From Spongospora subterranea f. sp. subterranea (Eukaryota): a stretch of 64,000 nucleotides of DNA. Where the stretch lies: NCBI GenBank assembly GCA_049724395.1, contig JAUGWO010000042.1:186001-250000 (forward strand), given 5' to 3'. Below, in pieces: positions 26,042 to 39,302 of the stretch (positions are counted from its first letter, which is position 1; each line of letters opens with the position of its first letter). The translations under genes were made by a program, and so were the position numbers. Under the pieces are notes generated by a model, which was not told the DNA's origin, did no database searches, and saw only the letters and a list, made by a program, of their open reading frames with translations.

Positions 26042-26689
26042 GAAGACCCTGAATGGGATGGGAGCTGGCAATTGCTAAGCCGGATCAGTAAGATCTGGCC
26101 ATGATCGGGAATATCTGGCAATGGAGAACGAGATTAGATAGATCGTGCAGGTAATGGAAGAGAATGGCGATTTTCAATTAGTACTGTACAGTAATCGACT
26201 TCAGCTCGATTCGATCTGTATCTCAAGTCCTAAACGGTCCATCAAGTTTCGATTCATCAACTGTTGCTGGAACAGTTGAATATAATATAACTCACATAAT
26301 CGGTGTTGAGTCTCGTATTAAACCCTGGCATGTTAGCTTTTTCCGCATCGAGGAAGAGGAAGTTTCACATGGCTTAACGAGGAATTCATTGTATCTAAAA
26401 TTAAACAATGGTCATTTCAACTAAACCCCTAACTTTAAAAGCCCACTCGAGGTCAGCAATTTTGAAAATATAACTCCATCATTTCTATCATGAAAGTCAT
26501 CATCCCAAACTCCTAATAAACCTGAGTTACCGATCTTCCAAACGTCCATCAAGGGTTTGTCGGTTCCCTTTCATTATCGATAAACTCTTTGAGTTATCTT
26601 TTTTATTCGAGGGGGAAAGTTTTAGCTTTCCGTTTGCAGTGAAAGCTTTGTGATATATAGCTGTGATAAACGCCCCGTGCATCTTCCGA

Positions 26690-28583
26690 GCAGCTGTACA
26701 CTATTACGTTGATCAAAATCGCTCGGCACCGATTCCTTCCGATTGTCAGCGAGAACAAATCTGAGTGAGTACGAAATTCCCTGGCGATTAAACAGTGTCG
26801 ATGACAAATGTGGGAAACACCCTTTGGCGCTGGGTACCAGATTGATCGTTTGTTGCACAATAATTGGAAGGCAATGATAGCGATGAACAATCGCCAATTC
26901 CCTGGCCGTTTACCGTTCACTGTACAGCTAGAACTTCAAAATACGGGGTACGTTCCAATTCCAAATGAACGATGCGATCGGAAGAAACACCTCAGGGCAC
27001 AGCCTATTGAAATCGCATCCCGACCCGATCAGTTAACTCGACAACAGTCAAATCATTGTGCATTGCTAGACCCGATCGAAGCCAATATTGGCGTGAGTAC
27101 ATCCCATGGCCGATTGTTAGTGGCGAAAGTGGATACCGATTAGTGTATAGGTCCAAACGGATATCAATGAGCTGGGTGATTTGATTATGGCTTATGCTGA
27201 AAACGAGCGATTGCAACAGGTCAATTACATTCTGTGGCTCAGACAATGGGAATTGTGATGAAAAACGACCGTCCAGGTAATTCGAGATCAGAGACGTGAT
27301 CTTCAAGATACCGAAGTGCGATTACGCGCTGATCTCGAGAGGAGAAGTGGCGATGAACATGTCACGTTGAGATCATATTACTCTGTGAAGTTGGCAGATT
27401 GTAAAGCGGTAGCGGATGCGGAGATAAAGGCAGCCGCCGACCGCAACAGAGAAGCAATGGAAGCCATTCGATCTGAGTGTGATGCGAAAATCGCGGTAAT
27501 CAATACAAGTAGATGATGCCTAGATCGGCGATTAACTTTGACGATCTCTCTAGCTTATCGAAGATGCAATTATCAAGAAGTCTGACTCCAATTCTAACAA
27601 TACTGGAGGATATCGCCTCGGCAGTATCGGCAGCGAGCATATAGAGCTGCGAGACTTTTGCGTTCAACAAGAGATTGCGTTGGCTATAGAAAGGCAACAC
27701 GCCCACAAACTGGAACAACAATTGGAACAAGCTACAAGTAAATGTAGTTTACAGCAAAGTACCTCAATGACAGCGCCTAACGATGAGTCACTGCAAACCA
27801 TGGCAAATGAAATTGCATTTTTGGAACAGAAAGCTCTAAGTTATGAAGGTCTTCTGCAAGTGCAGACCTCGAGGGAAAAAGGTAATTACATTCAGGGCAC
27901 GGAAAACTCGACGTAATCGAATGGATCAGAAACCAATAAGAAGAAAGACGAGTTGATTATGTTATTACGATCGACGATAGAACAGCTGGAGCAGAATCTG
28001 GCCTCCTCCAACTGCAGCATCGATGGCCTGAAACAAGCGCAGATTGATGATAAGATGGTGTTCGATCAGCGAATACAAGAGTCAGAAATAGTTCATCGGA
28101 ATGAGGTGTCCCTACTCAATGTCATCATCGCAAACTGTGAGGTGAGCCTTGATTTCACGTACAGAATACCTCCCTAGTTGCTGACGGCCGATTTAGGCAG
28201 AAATATCGAAGATGAAAGCAGATAATGAGGCGGCGATATCAGCAAAATCAACCCCTCGGCGCCGGAGATCCAAACCAGACAGACGTAATCACAGCGTTGA
28301 CCTGGGCAGGGAAGGCCTTGGATCCCTAATGGATGGCGAGCTGTGGAATCAAATGCATCGTTCCAGTGTCCCGACAGTTCCTGAATTGGGCCAGATGCGA
28401 TCCAAATCAGTGCATCGAAGAAATCGTAGTCAGTCAGTAGTGTCGGAAACAGTTGATGTTCTAGGACACTTCGCGGGATGGGAACCCCCCTTCAAGGAAC
28501 CTAGTATAGAAATCTTGTTGGCTTCGCAGCGCCAATACCGTCCGGAATTAATACAACAATCGTCCAAAAAAGCTTCTTTATAA
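26690..28583 (+). CDS. Hypothetical multi-exon coiled-coil protein; 5' end uncertain
   Basis: Chain of same-strand ORFs (26808, 27316, 27680, 27953, 28212) linked by GT-AG introns. Heptad-rich middle and basic low-complexity tail. Confidence 0.55.
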
Positions 28584-28637
28584 GCGGATTTTGTCAATAA
28601 ATTCCGTTTATAACATTATGCAGAACGGTGGATTGCA

Positions 28638-30932
28638 TCAAAGTGACGCAAATTGGGAATTAGAAAAAGTTAAGGAGAACAGATTCGTAGGTGAAACTTG
28701 TATTGGACCATATGGTTCCTTTTGCTCGATATTCACCATATCCATGGTTTTGAGAACTACAAGCATTATGGGTGAATTAAAGGAATGCCCCGATGAGGGA
28801 TACCTAATAATTGCATAAACGAGAGCGATGCATCTCGTCGAGATATGATAAACTTGTCGCCGACTGTAGTTTGTATCGCCTTGTGGAAGTCTATTCCTGC
28901 AAAACGATCGCCTTTTCCAGCCCTTTCTATCGCGAAATTCTCCTCCAAGATGCTATATCCCGTTATAAGTCAATTGGGTAGCCTCAGTGGGAATCAAGTT
29001 ACTCGCGTAATATCTCAGTTGCACGATCAACGCTTTCCCGGCGAGAAAACTTCTTACCGGAATCCGCAACCTGAATTTCTGGAATATCTGCATTGACGAG
29101 TCAGTCAGGCTGCAGTTCATAACCAATTACTTTCCACCAAATTGGCTAAGCGATAAGTCTAAATCCGGTGTCAAGAAATCGTCGCCATATTGATGGACAG
29201 AGCTCAAGCGTCTAGATCCTGAATGAATGGATCCGATTGATCTTACAGACATCCGACGTTGATGCGGGCCATTGAAGCCCGAACCAAGGCTCTCGTGACC
29301 TGGTGATTCATAGCCAACATTGTACCCTAAGAATTTGTCGCCAAATTCAACTTCGTCTTCGTTGACTGAAGCCAGAGTATTTCGTCGCACTCGCTCTATA
29401 GACATATCTCTGTCGGTAGCATATGCTTGCCCGTCAACGTCGTCAACCTTTACTGATTGTTTGAATGGATTGTTGAGCAATCATGAGGACAGCGCACATA
29501 CCGAGGCCGTCATTGGCATTGGATTATCATCGTGACAATTATCGATACAATCGATTTCGCAATCGCCTTCAACTCGACCAATGTCTGCCGCTGGTTCCAT
29601 GTTGACCTCTACCAACATTTGCAATTTCATGGCACATTTCTGCAGCCATACCCGACAGCATAATTTTGCTGTTGCGTATTTCTGTTGCAAACCTCAAATC
29701 AGACATGTCGCTGTGAGGTGAGAGCACACAATAACCCAAGGGTCCCAGAGTTTGGGTTCGACAGCTCCGACTCGGATTGACAATCGCTGATGTGTCACTC
29801 AGTTCTTTTTTGATTATATCAATTTCGACCTCTGTTTTCATATCTTCCCTTGCTCTACGGCGAGTTCTTTTTCGAGATTGCAACGTTAAGGCGAAGGTGC
29901 TTGCAGCCTCTGAGGGCACCTAATGTGCATTTCAATCCAACCCTATTCCGAATAGACAAACACCTACAGGTTTTCTGGATGGGTCATCTTTCATCCCGAT
30001 ATCTGTTTCTAAGAATTCGTCGAGCCCCCCTACACTGCTATACCCATTGATTGAAAACATCATGTCATCTTCGCCACCACTAAGAGATTGTTGAATTCAC
30101 GATGCGGTGATTCTGCGGTTGAATACTCAAGAGGGTCCATTAACGATTGGTCCAGAGGGACAACGAAATTCATGTCATGATCTCCATTGTTCTCCAGAGT
30201 TATGTCGGCTTCGTTTGCTGTGAAAGCCTTTAATAAAATTTGTTTTACTTGCAACAAATTTACCGATGACAAAGTCGTGGCCCGCTAAGTAAACATTTTC
30301 ATCGTCAATGCCTTCCAGGAAAAGAGGCACACTTCCAGAATTGTCAGCCATTTCATTGAGACAGTCGAACGGAATTGGTGGAAGCGCGCAATCGTCAAAA
30401 TCGCATATGATGTTGATGGCGTCAGACCTGCGAAACCTTGAGCTCTCTCTCGCATTGAATCAGAACGCAATACTTCGCTTGAACTCTGTTGCTAGTTAAA
30501 TTCACGCTAGAAGTAGTGACAGCAAGTTGGATCTTCGATTGCGCCTGAATTTGATGGTTTCAGATTAGTTAGAAAGATGACCACCTCAACGCACCTCGGT
30601 AGCATCGATTAGTAGATATCTGGCCTTCTTATCCATGATTCGGCATACGCCAAGAAATAACTGAGCTCGAGCAGGCAAAGCAAGCGGAACGGGTGGCGAT
30701 TGTATGCTTTTGCAAAGCTCATTGATGTTAGAACTCAAAATGATCTACCAACATGGTTGAGTCTCGTCGAACGAGTACAGCAGTAGTTCCGACCTTCTTA
30801 GATAATTTATGGAAGACCGTTCCTGCTAACCTATAGGTTTGTGTAAGTTCCCCGTGCGACTGTAATCGTTCACCCACACCATAGATTGCCAAGCGGTCCT
30901 CGCTTGACGAACAGTTCGGAGCTGAAGTACAT
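28638..30932 (-). CDS. Cohesin alpha-kleisin (Rad21/Rec8 family), multi-exon
   Basis: N-terminus MYFSSELFVKRGPLGNLW|LAGT...KLSKK and PLALPARAQLFLGVCRIMDKKARYLLIDA. C-terminus SRRDASLSFMQLL...VNIEQKEPYGPIQV (winged helix). Confidence 0.9.
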
Positions 30933-32008
30933 CGCAAAGCGGTCTATTAACAGAAATGGGTTTCAATCAAAATGCAATGCACTAATGACTGCTGTCTAGG
31001 CCTCTTTATTACACTAGCAACGTGTAAGTGGTCATGCATTTTTGGACTGAACTGATTACACTCTCACTATAATACCGACGTGTCATTGTATCCGGGGTCT
31101 ATGAACCCAGATTTGGTGCAGCCGTGCAGTAATATAGCACGTGCGCCTAATATCGCCACCGTTACCACGTGTGTTGGACGGGTGCCGACAATGGCGAAAA
31201 TATTGATTGCGAATCGATGTCTTTTTGGCAGGGAAATCTGTGATCTTAGCTACCTGATGGACATGGCCTAACCGTTACGAATGTGCATGACAGGGAGATT
31301 TTCAGGCCGTTGGGTTGGCGGGCTGCTTTTCAATTGAACATATTTTTGTGTTGAAAGGATGAACACGTAGCACGCGTTGGCTTTGTTACGTTTCACAAGG
31401 CGTCTTGACAATTTAAAACAGGTTAATGTGAGGGTTTTATCATTTAATGAACGTCCGTTCAGATAGACGCATGAAGAAAGATGATAACAATCGAGCTGCA
31501 CAAAAATCAAACATGGAATTCTACGAAACTTCGCCAAAACAGCGTCGTTAGGAGAGCAGGATTTATAAGTGTATCCAATGCAGCGGCAGATGACAGACAA
31601 CAAAAAAGCGTTGGACGTAATTACTAAAAAGACGGTTGTGTTTGCGAGAAGCTTCGTATATGATAAAGTCAAACTGAGTCCTCCACCGTTGCATTTCGCT
31701 ACGACGATTGTTCTACCTTGCTGAATCGTTGTGTCATCAAGGTAGTGGTGGATCCTGGCGAAACTAAGGTAGCCACGTAACCGACACCTTTCACAGTAAG
31801 TACCTATTCTGCGTAGAAAACATTTTTGCGAACCTTGGCAGGTGGCACAACTGTCACTCTCGAGTTATCGCGCGTCGAAAACGTACAAGCGATGATATGT
31901 GACATATGGTATGACGCATATCCGTGGAGGGGTTGTGTTGATCTAATACACAAGTTTACCTCACAGTTTTATTAGTTGTCTCGGTATTATTACAAAATCT
32001 AGACAGCC

Positions 32009-32923
32009 ATGGGAGACGGTAGCTACTCCTTTTCGTTGACCACGTTCAGCCCAAGTGGAAAGCTAGTCCAAATCGAATATGCTCTGGCCGCAGTCAATGG
32101 AGGTAAAACATCGCTCGGGATTAAAGGTAGAGCTGTTTCGCATCATATTATGATCAATGTCTTTGACATTTTCGCTAGCAAAAAATGGAGTAGTCATTGC
32201 AACTGAAAAGGCGCCTCCTTCAGTATTAGTTGACGAAGAATCCGTAAAAAAAATCCAGCTTCTGACGTATGATCAGTGTTTCAAAGGAGACTTTATCGCT
32301 AAGCATAATCTTTTCAGGAACAATATCGGATTAACATATTCTGGTATGGGGCCGGATTTTCGACTTTTGACACGCAAAGGTCGCAAGGCAGCTCAGAAAT
32401 ATCATCTCCAATTCCTCGACAACATCCCTGTGTCCCAATTGGTTCGTGAGGTTGCGACCGTTATGCAGGAATATACGCAACAAGGAGGTACGACCAGTTT
32501 TGCGTCCCAGCTTCTGGCTTAAAATAATTCGAAATTCTCTTAGGTGTCCGCCCATTCGGTGTTTCTCTTTTAGTTGCGGGTTATGATGAAGAAGGCCCTC
32601 AGTTGTATCAAGTCGATCCCTCTGGATCTTACTGGGCTTGGAAGGCGTCGGCGATAGGAAAGCGATATCAGTCATCGAAGACATTCTTGGAAAAAAGGTG
32701 AATCGCATATGTTTGCGAGTTTCCACTCTTCTAAAAGGATCTTAGATACAAACCTGATATGGATATTGATGAAGCTATTCATACAGCGATTTTAACTTTA
32801 AAAGAAGGTTTTGAAGGCGCGATTACGGAAAATAACATCGAAGTCGGTGTTGTTGGTGCGGACCACAAATTCAAGCTATTATCTCCCCAGGACATCAAAG
32901 ATTACCTCGATGAAGTCGAATAA
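32009..32923 (+). CDS. PSMA2: 20S proteasome subunit alpha type-2, 5 exons
   Basis: [67 protein letters not shown]. Confidence 0.97.
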
Positions 32924-33051
32924 ATATCGCTATTGCCTAATTGCGATAGCTTGCAGCTTAATACATAATGTTTTACCCAACAAAAGTTTTGATTAGGTAG
33001 CGTCTATTGAATAAACAACAATGGATGCAGCAATTTATTAGAAAAAGCACA

Positions 33052-34518
33052 TCAGGTTTGAGGAAGTCGAGCACCATCTTGGACTAAGGTAGTGAACTCT
33101 TCACGTACAGTGGGCAATCCTTGGCATCTGACTACTACTGCTAGTCGCCAGATAAATCGGGGAAATCCAGTTTGCGATAATACAGACGATGTTTGCAGAC
33201 GACCGTTGATTACCATATTGGTGGAATCAATAACATGTTCTCCAGCATTATACCAGCGATGAACACCCTCAGAACATTGTACATCTTGCTCATGAACTAG
33301 TCTATATACGAGTTTGGTTCGATCAGGTTCTCCAGGTGTCACAACCACATCGCAATCCACCCTTGTTAACGACGCAACGATGGACACGTGCTGGATAAAC
33401 ACAGACCTTTGAGTTTGTAGAACAACGTGGATGAGGTTTGGAGCATTCAGAACCAGAGTCGGCCTTCTATCACAGTACAAAAACGCCTTGACATGGCAAA
33501 GTAAACGGATTCGTGCTTGATATGCAGTATACATAGCAACCAATTCAGCAACGCCTAAAAATATCCAAATCTCAGATACTAGAGATGCCGCCATAGAAAT
33601 GGCCATAAAATGGGCGACGGCTGGGATGACGATTACATGGAAAATGATGACACTGAACAAAAGAAACACTCCTTGCTGACGTCGCCTGGGAATGTCATCT
33701 GATTGATCATCAGATATCGGATAGAGATATCTACCTAACGGGCGAGAATACACTTTCAAATCGGTTGTATCCGGCTGGACATGAATGATTGAACGGGACA
33801 TGACATCGACAAGAGCGATAACGCACAATCCGGTGATGGCGATGACCAGGTACGCATACGGTTCAAACAAAGCCGTCCGATAGACAAACGGATACGGATC
33901 TGTGCCGTTATCCCAATGGACGAGAAGTAGTATGGAACCATCTGGTCGTGACAGACGACGCAATTCGGATTCAGCTGCAGATAGAGTTGAATACCTGACT
34001 TTAACTGAATCCATCACCCATAGATTAGATGAACGCGATTCTCTGCCGTTAATCGTATCGGTGAATATATACTCAATGATTATTTCATAGTCGTTATCTG
34101 AGAAATCTGCAAGTTCGCCTTCATGCTCTACAATATAGGCTTTGTGGATGGTTCCTACGACGGGTTCGGCATATGTCAGACGCATGTGCTGCAAATAGAT
34201 TTCATTGAGGCTATAAAGGGAGAAAAGAGTGCACAGCAAAACAGAGATGACGATAAACGCAATTCGTTGATTGGCACGCCGATTGAGAAACGATTTCCTC
34301 CAAGAATGTCGCTCCTTGAATTTGTCCTTCCAATGTCGTGACTTATCGTGATCGATTACGGATTGCGTCCGTTTACACATTGTAAACCATAGCGACGGCT
34401 GATGAGCCAACGCCTTCCACGACAAGCATGTACTTGAGAGAGCACATAAAGATTTCGCGTCCAGAAAGCCGAATGCAGTTAAGGTCAACTCGACAGGAAG
34501 GTTGGTTGACCAATCCAT
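33052..34518 (-). CDS. Intronless F-box protein with ~4 transmembrane helices and a DUF3592-like segment
   Basis: LPVELTLTAFGFLDAKSLCALSSTCLSWKALA...LW is an F-box. Hydrophobic stretches: IAFIVISVLLCTLFSLYSL, YAYLVIAITGLCVIALV, GVFLLFSVIIFHVIVIPAV, IWIFLGVAELVAMY. Confidence 0.8.
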   Translation of the reverse strand: MDWSTNLPVELTLTAFGFLDAKSLCALSSTCLSWKALAHQPSLWFTMCKRTQSVIDHDKSRHWKDKFKERHSWRKSFLNRRANQRIAFIVISVLLCTLFSLYSLNEIYLQHMRLTYAEPVVGTIHKAYIVEHEGELADFSDNDYEIIIEYIFTDTINGRESRSSNLWVMDSVKVRYSTLSAAESELRRLSRPDGSILLLVHWDNGTDPYPFVYRTALFEPYAYLVIAITGLCVIALVDVMSRSIIHVQPDTTDLKVYSRPLGRYLYPISDDQSDDIPRRRQQGVFLLFSVIIFHVIVIPAVAHFMAISMAASLVSEIWIFLGVAELVAMYTAYQARIRLLCHVKAFLYCDRRPTLVLNAPNLIHVVLQTQRSVFIQHVSIVASLTRVDCDVVVTPGEPDRTKLVYRLVHEQDVQCSEGVHRWYNAGEHVIDSTNMVINGRLQTSSVLSQTGFPRFIWRLAVVVRCQGLPTVREEFTTLVQDGARLPQT

Positions 34519-34997
34519 AGAGTCTTGTGATATTATCAAAATCGGCCTTCTCAATAATTACTTGATCAAGGTCCCTGAGGTGTGTACGGACAATAAATAG
34601 GGTAAATACAGTAGGGCTACACTATTTTAGCGTTCTCCCTATGCTCTTGATGCGCCACTAATTCCAATATTGTTCGATGCAGTGTTTTGATCATTTTCAT
34701 CAACAATATTTCTGATGAAATGAGTAATTACCTAACGCCAGACGCCCCCCGGATTAGGAATCCTGCAGATTCGATAACTAAATACTCTGAATTCAGAACT
34801 AAATGCAATTGGGGCATGTAACAGGTGACGGTATTTGGCTACTCCTTGACAGAAAATGCATCAAACTGCCAGATTCCTGTTCAATTAGCGAATTCATCAT
34901 CATCAGACTGGAAAAGCAACTACATTGGTATTTGAATGGTATCAAGAGTGATGTGTGTGTTACAGTGTGTTACCTTTTGTTGTTGATTATAGGGTGA

Positions 34998-35063
34998 GTG
35001 TGTCTCGGTTACTGACCCCCTGTGTTCGGTTACTGACCCATTGTGTTGTCCGGACTGACTCCG
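34998..35063. repeat. Three degenerate ~21-bp tandem units (tgtgttcggttactgaccc)
   Basis: Read directly, just upstream of the 35110 start codon. Confidence 0.6.
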
Positions 35064-35109
35064 CCCCCATTCCCCCACCTCATTATCAATCGATAGTTAA
35101 TTCACGGTA

Positions 35110-37889
35110 ATGGAGGTCCATGACGATAATGAGGATCTGGATGTCAGCGGAAACCTGGAGCTGACGGCCGAAGAGCTCGCCGAATGCGGTCTTACCCTAG
35201 ATGATATTCGCGACTTTCATGATGACAATGGAAAACATGAAACTGTTGATAGCGATCACAATGCCGACTTGTTATCACAGCTACGTGATATCTATTCAGG
35301 ATCTGACATTGACGACGACCTTGAGCCCGATCAAAACCAGTTTCATGGTAGTGTATAAGTGCCGATATATTTGAATGTGGGCGGAGCCGTTTGACGAATC
35401 TGTATGCACAAATTAGGAGGGAGCCCAATTGGTGAAGCGTTAACAGATGATAATGATTTGCTGATGGTACAAGACGATACAGAACGAGTTATGACTTTTG
35501 TACATACTGAAGAGCAATCTCCAGAAGTTGGAAGCATTGTTTCTGACAATCAGAAGAACGATGTAGAGGTATCGCTGCACGTTTTTTGTTATATTCAACA
35601 AACTTAATGAGTGCTCAGGCCGTTGTTGCTGAAGATGCTGCACCACGATTGACCATACAACAGGAGATTAATCAGTTGAAGATCAAAGCTGTTGAATTAA
35701 ACCGTGCCAATAAAAAGGCTGAAGCGTTGAATCTGATGAGAAAAATCAAGCGCCTCCAAGCGACTTTCACCCAAGATTCCGGGCCCGTTAGTTTACCAAT
35801 AAATGGTTCAGAAGCTATTCCAAAACTCAATAATATCAATGCCGGCGATGTTGTTAACGAGTCTTCGGCGATTGAAAGCGGGTATGAGTCCAAGGTGAGT
35901 GGCTTAATTACTTCTCGTAAGATACTCAGTTGCAATATGGTATAGAATTCCGTCAAAGAAACCATCTTGCATCGATTGTCAGAATACACAGCAGAGGCTC
36001 TTTCAAAGAAGCGGGAAGGGGATATTCCTGCCGCTAAATTGCTAATGCAGCAAATCCATAACTTACGAGCTGCAAAGGATGATCTGGAAAATAACCGACG
36101 GATCCCGTCTTTGGATTCGCTTCCTGCCCCCTTGGTTACATTTATCACGTCCATCGCCCCAGCTAATCTAAATGTCGTGCTAGCAGAATTTGTCATCCCT
36201 TGACCAACTGGGAGGTGTTTCGAAACAGGAATCTCAACTTCAGGCGCTGAAAGACTTGGAATCTGCTCTTCACGATCAAGTGGCTCGTGTTCATGAGGAG
36301 TCAAAAGCGGTTTTGAAATTAGGTCTCAAAGATGAGGCTCGATCCATCATTGCGGTGAAAGCTCACACTGAGCGAGCTCTACAGCGTTTGTCTGTGATTC
36401 ATGCTGGTTCGTTGCAACCAGATTTAACGTATTAGGTAGTTCAGAGTTTCGCTTCGCACCAGTGGAGATCCATTACCGAAAGTAATTAAAGTGCTCCGCG
36501 ATGTATCCTATCTACGTTCTTTTGACCACATCGGATCAAATCAGCTGGAGGTTCGCTGCACTTCACTACAGTTGTCCCAGATTATCGTGTCTTATCAATT
36601 CCATTCAGCTAGAAATAAAGCAAGCTGAATGTCTAACTCCGCCCTCCGGGTGGAGTTTGTGCACAAGCTTCGTTTCCTATGAGCTAATATATCCAAAGGA
36701 TGTCGTTCAAAAAGGCGTGACGCAGACAGTCGAGAACAACGACGATCCAGGTAGTGCATTTAATGTTCCATTACTTCGCGCAGTCTCTGAGAGTGGACCA
36801 GTTTTTGGATTAAAAAAACTGTTATCCTTTCCTAGGCCGAAGCATGCGTCGCGAATGTAATCTTTCGCCGCCAATAACGAAAACAACTGTTTAGCTTCAG
36901 TATGCAGGTTGAATTTTGTTAAAATTTCGTTTTCTGTTCAAGTACCAAGACGATTACTTTTCAAGCCCATTATAATCGGCACTGCAGACCTGAGGCTAGG
37001 ACCGTTGCTTTCGCAATCGGAATTGACAGCGGTTTTACCTGTAATGTTTTTTTTAGTTGTTATATTCACGAATCTGATTTTTCGGCAGTTAAGGGGTGGC
37101 AGTCGAGGAAAACTTCAAATTACTCTCCGCCTGCGGACGCCTTTAGAAGGGCAAGATGTCGCTACCAAGACGGTTGAAGATATTTTTATTGAAGGTAATT
37201 TCATAGAGTTGTGTGTGAACGGCTCAGCTCACTTTCAGCAGGCGACCTTATTCCTCGTGCTAATTCGCCATCTCCCCGTTCCATGTAAACTTGATATCAC
37301 CAACCGCTTACCTTTTTATTTATTCCTGTTTGGCCTCAGAATCCGCAGCTCAACGAATTCGGGCACCCCACATTCGGCAGTTGTTTCTCCAACACCTATG
37401 CCATGTCCTTCAGGAATCGATCGTGAAGACTGGAACGTATTCGTAACACATGATGTGCTGAGTTATCGGATTCAAATTTGCTTTGTAGGATCCACATAGG
37501 CTTCAATCGATCTGTTCGAATGACGTAATAGACACGCTTATCCAAAACGTTACATCAGAGATAGGGACCTGCCGAGCCAAAAAAATGGACCCGCCCCCGA
37601 CGCTTCTCATAAGGTTTTGTCTTTCGATCAAATGTGCACCACATGCTTTAACGTTTTGCTGTTCAGGGTCCAGCAACTCATTTCCATGAAGCAAAAGTTG
37701 GAGCAAAGCGTAGAAGATGGTTCGTTAACTTTATCGGCATACCTTGATATGCTTAGGAAGGACATCATGCGACTGTCGTTGTTAGCCTCGGCATTGCAGC
37801 GAGCGAATCGATCATCTGAAGCAGACATTGTGCGGAATCGACTACAAATTCAACAATCTGAACTTGATACAGCTATGTCCAATTCGTAA
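35110..37889 (+). CDS. Coiled-coil and C2 domain protein (CC2D1/Lgd-like: DM14-like repeats + C2), multi-exon
   Basis: Repeats KIKAVELNRANKKAEALNLMRKIK and AEALSKKREGDIPAAKLLM; C2-like IIGTADLRLGPLL...GKLQITLRLRTPL; C-terminal SVEDGSLTLSAYLDML. Confidence 0.78.
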
Positions 37890-38035
37890 TTTGTATTTAA
37901 AATTGAGACGTATCGGACGTTATCCTATACTATGATTAATTTACCAACCCTATTTTAAACAACATTATCATTGATAACTCTTATTGCTTTCAGTCGTGGC
38001 ATTTCAGTATCTTTATAGTGTGGGCTTGAACAGAA

Positions 38036-38621
38036 TTACACATGGACAGCGAAAACCGTCACGACACAATGCATTGTAGGATTTTCCCATTTCACAGAGC
38101 ATGTCCCTGGCAATTCAAGAGATTAGCCATCCAAACAATCAATAGTTTCCCCTAGCATATCTCCACCGTCTGTATTTAGGTCCCAGAAGCAGGCACTTGA
38201 TATATGGAGGCCAGCTCCATTCCGTTGCATTATCGTTGATGTGACTAATAACTAATAAGAATCTTGCTACAGTAGGTAAACAAGCGTTTATAGGCATGTA
38301 CCGACGTATTTGAAGTTCTTATCCAGCTGTCGCAAGCTCTTTAGAACGCTTTCGATGATAGCGGCCGTCCAATCGTGGACACGTTTGGCGTTGAATGTGT
38401 TCTGGCCCAGAACTGGATCCCATGGACTGGGTAATCAATCACTCGTTAGGGATGGATGATGAGGAGAACGGGGGATATCGACCTGTTCAATACACGCTTT
38501 CACCTCATCGTAATCGAACCCGCACTGCAATCAATCAGGAATGAGATATTGACGTGATTTGCGCTGTTTTGGGGCCAATTTCACAACAACTCACAGCGTC
38601 GTCATCACCGAAATCGCTCAT
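38036..38621 (-). CDS. DYNLT1: Dynein light chain Tctex-1 family, multi-exon
   Basis: [53 protein letters not shown]...[17 protein letters not shown]. Confidence 0.92.
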
Positions 38622-39302
38622 TGATTGGTTCAAATCGGATCGTGAAAGCTTATGGGATAAGGATTTATGACTGACAGCTTGACGAGGGTGGAATTCGGGT
38701 CGATCCGAGATTACCGCCAACTGGATGGCTGTAATAAGTGGCGACGTGTGTGTGGAGGGGGAGGGGGGGAATGGCAGTCAATATCACCCCAATTCTCATC
38801 ACTCATTCGTTGCCACTGAACAATCACCACCCCTTTAACTGCAGATGATTCATCGTATCGTTCCTCATCTCTACCCGGTTTTGGGCACGTGGTAGTGCAA
38901 TATTTCAAGCGGAACGTCGACAGGTGTTGACTGATCATGGATGAATAATTCGTGCTAAAATAAACCTATAGTGTCGATCTATAGAGAAACCCAACAGACA
39001 TCGCACAGTTGATTTGTCTGGAGAACATCAAAATAATGATTCCTTTAAACAATCCAACTGATATCGGATGATATCTGACGTATTCCATGTTAATGAAACC
39101 CATCCTGATAATGGAATCGCTGACGGAATACACAAGACGACCAATGATCCCATGACGGTTGACGTCGTGATGTTGCGAATACGATAATCGGCAATAAAAG
39201 GAAGGGGGTTGGGTATCGAGTCGGGTACTAATCGAACCCTGATCCTACAGCGATTGATCAGGACAGAGAGGGTTAGAGGGGTGGTAGATCCCCACCTCAA
39301 TA

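Noticed and set aside
31000..31980. ORF 31268..31672(-) and neighbours between the kleisin and PSMA2
   Set aside because: Non-ATG start, no motif and no convincing exon structure; treated as intergenic or decayed sequence.
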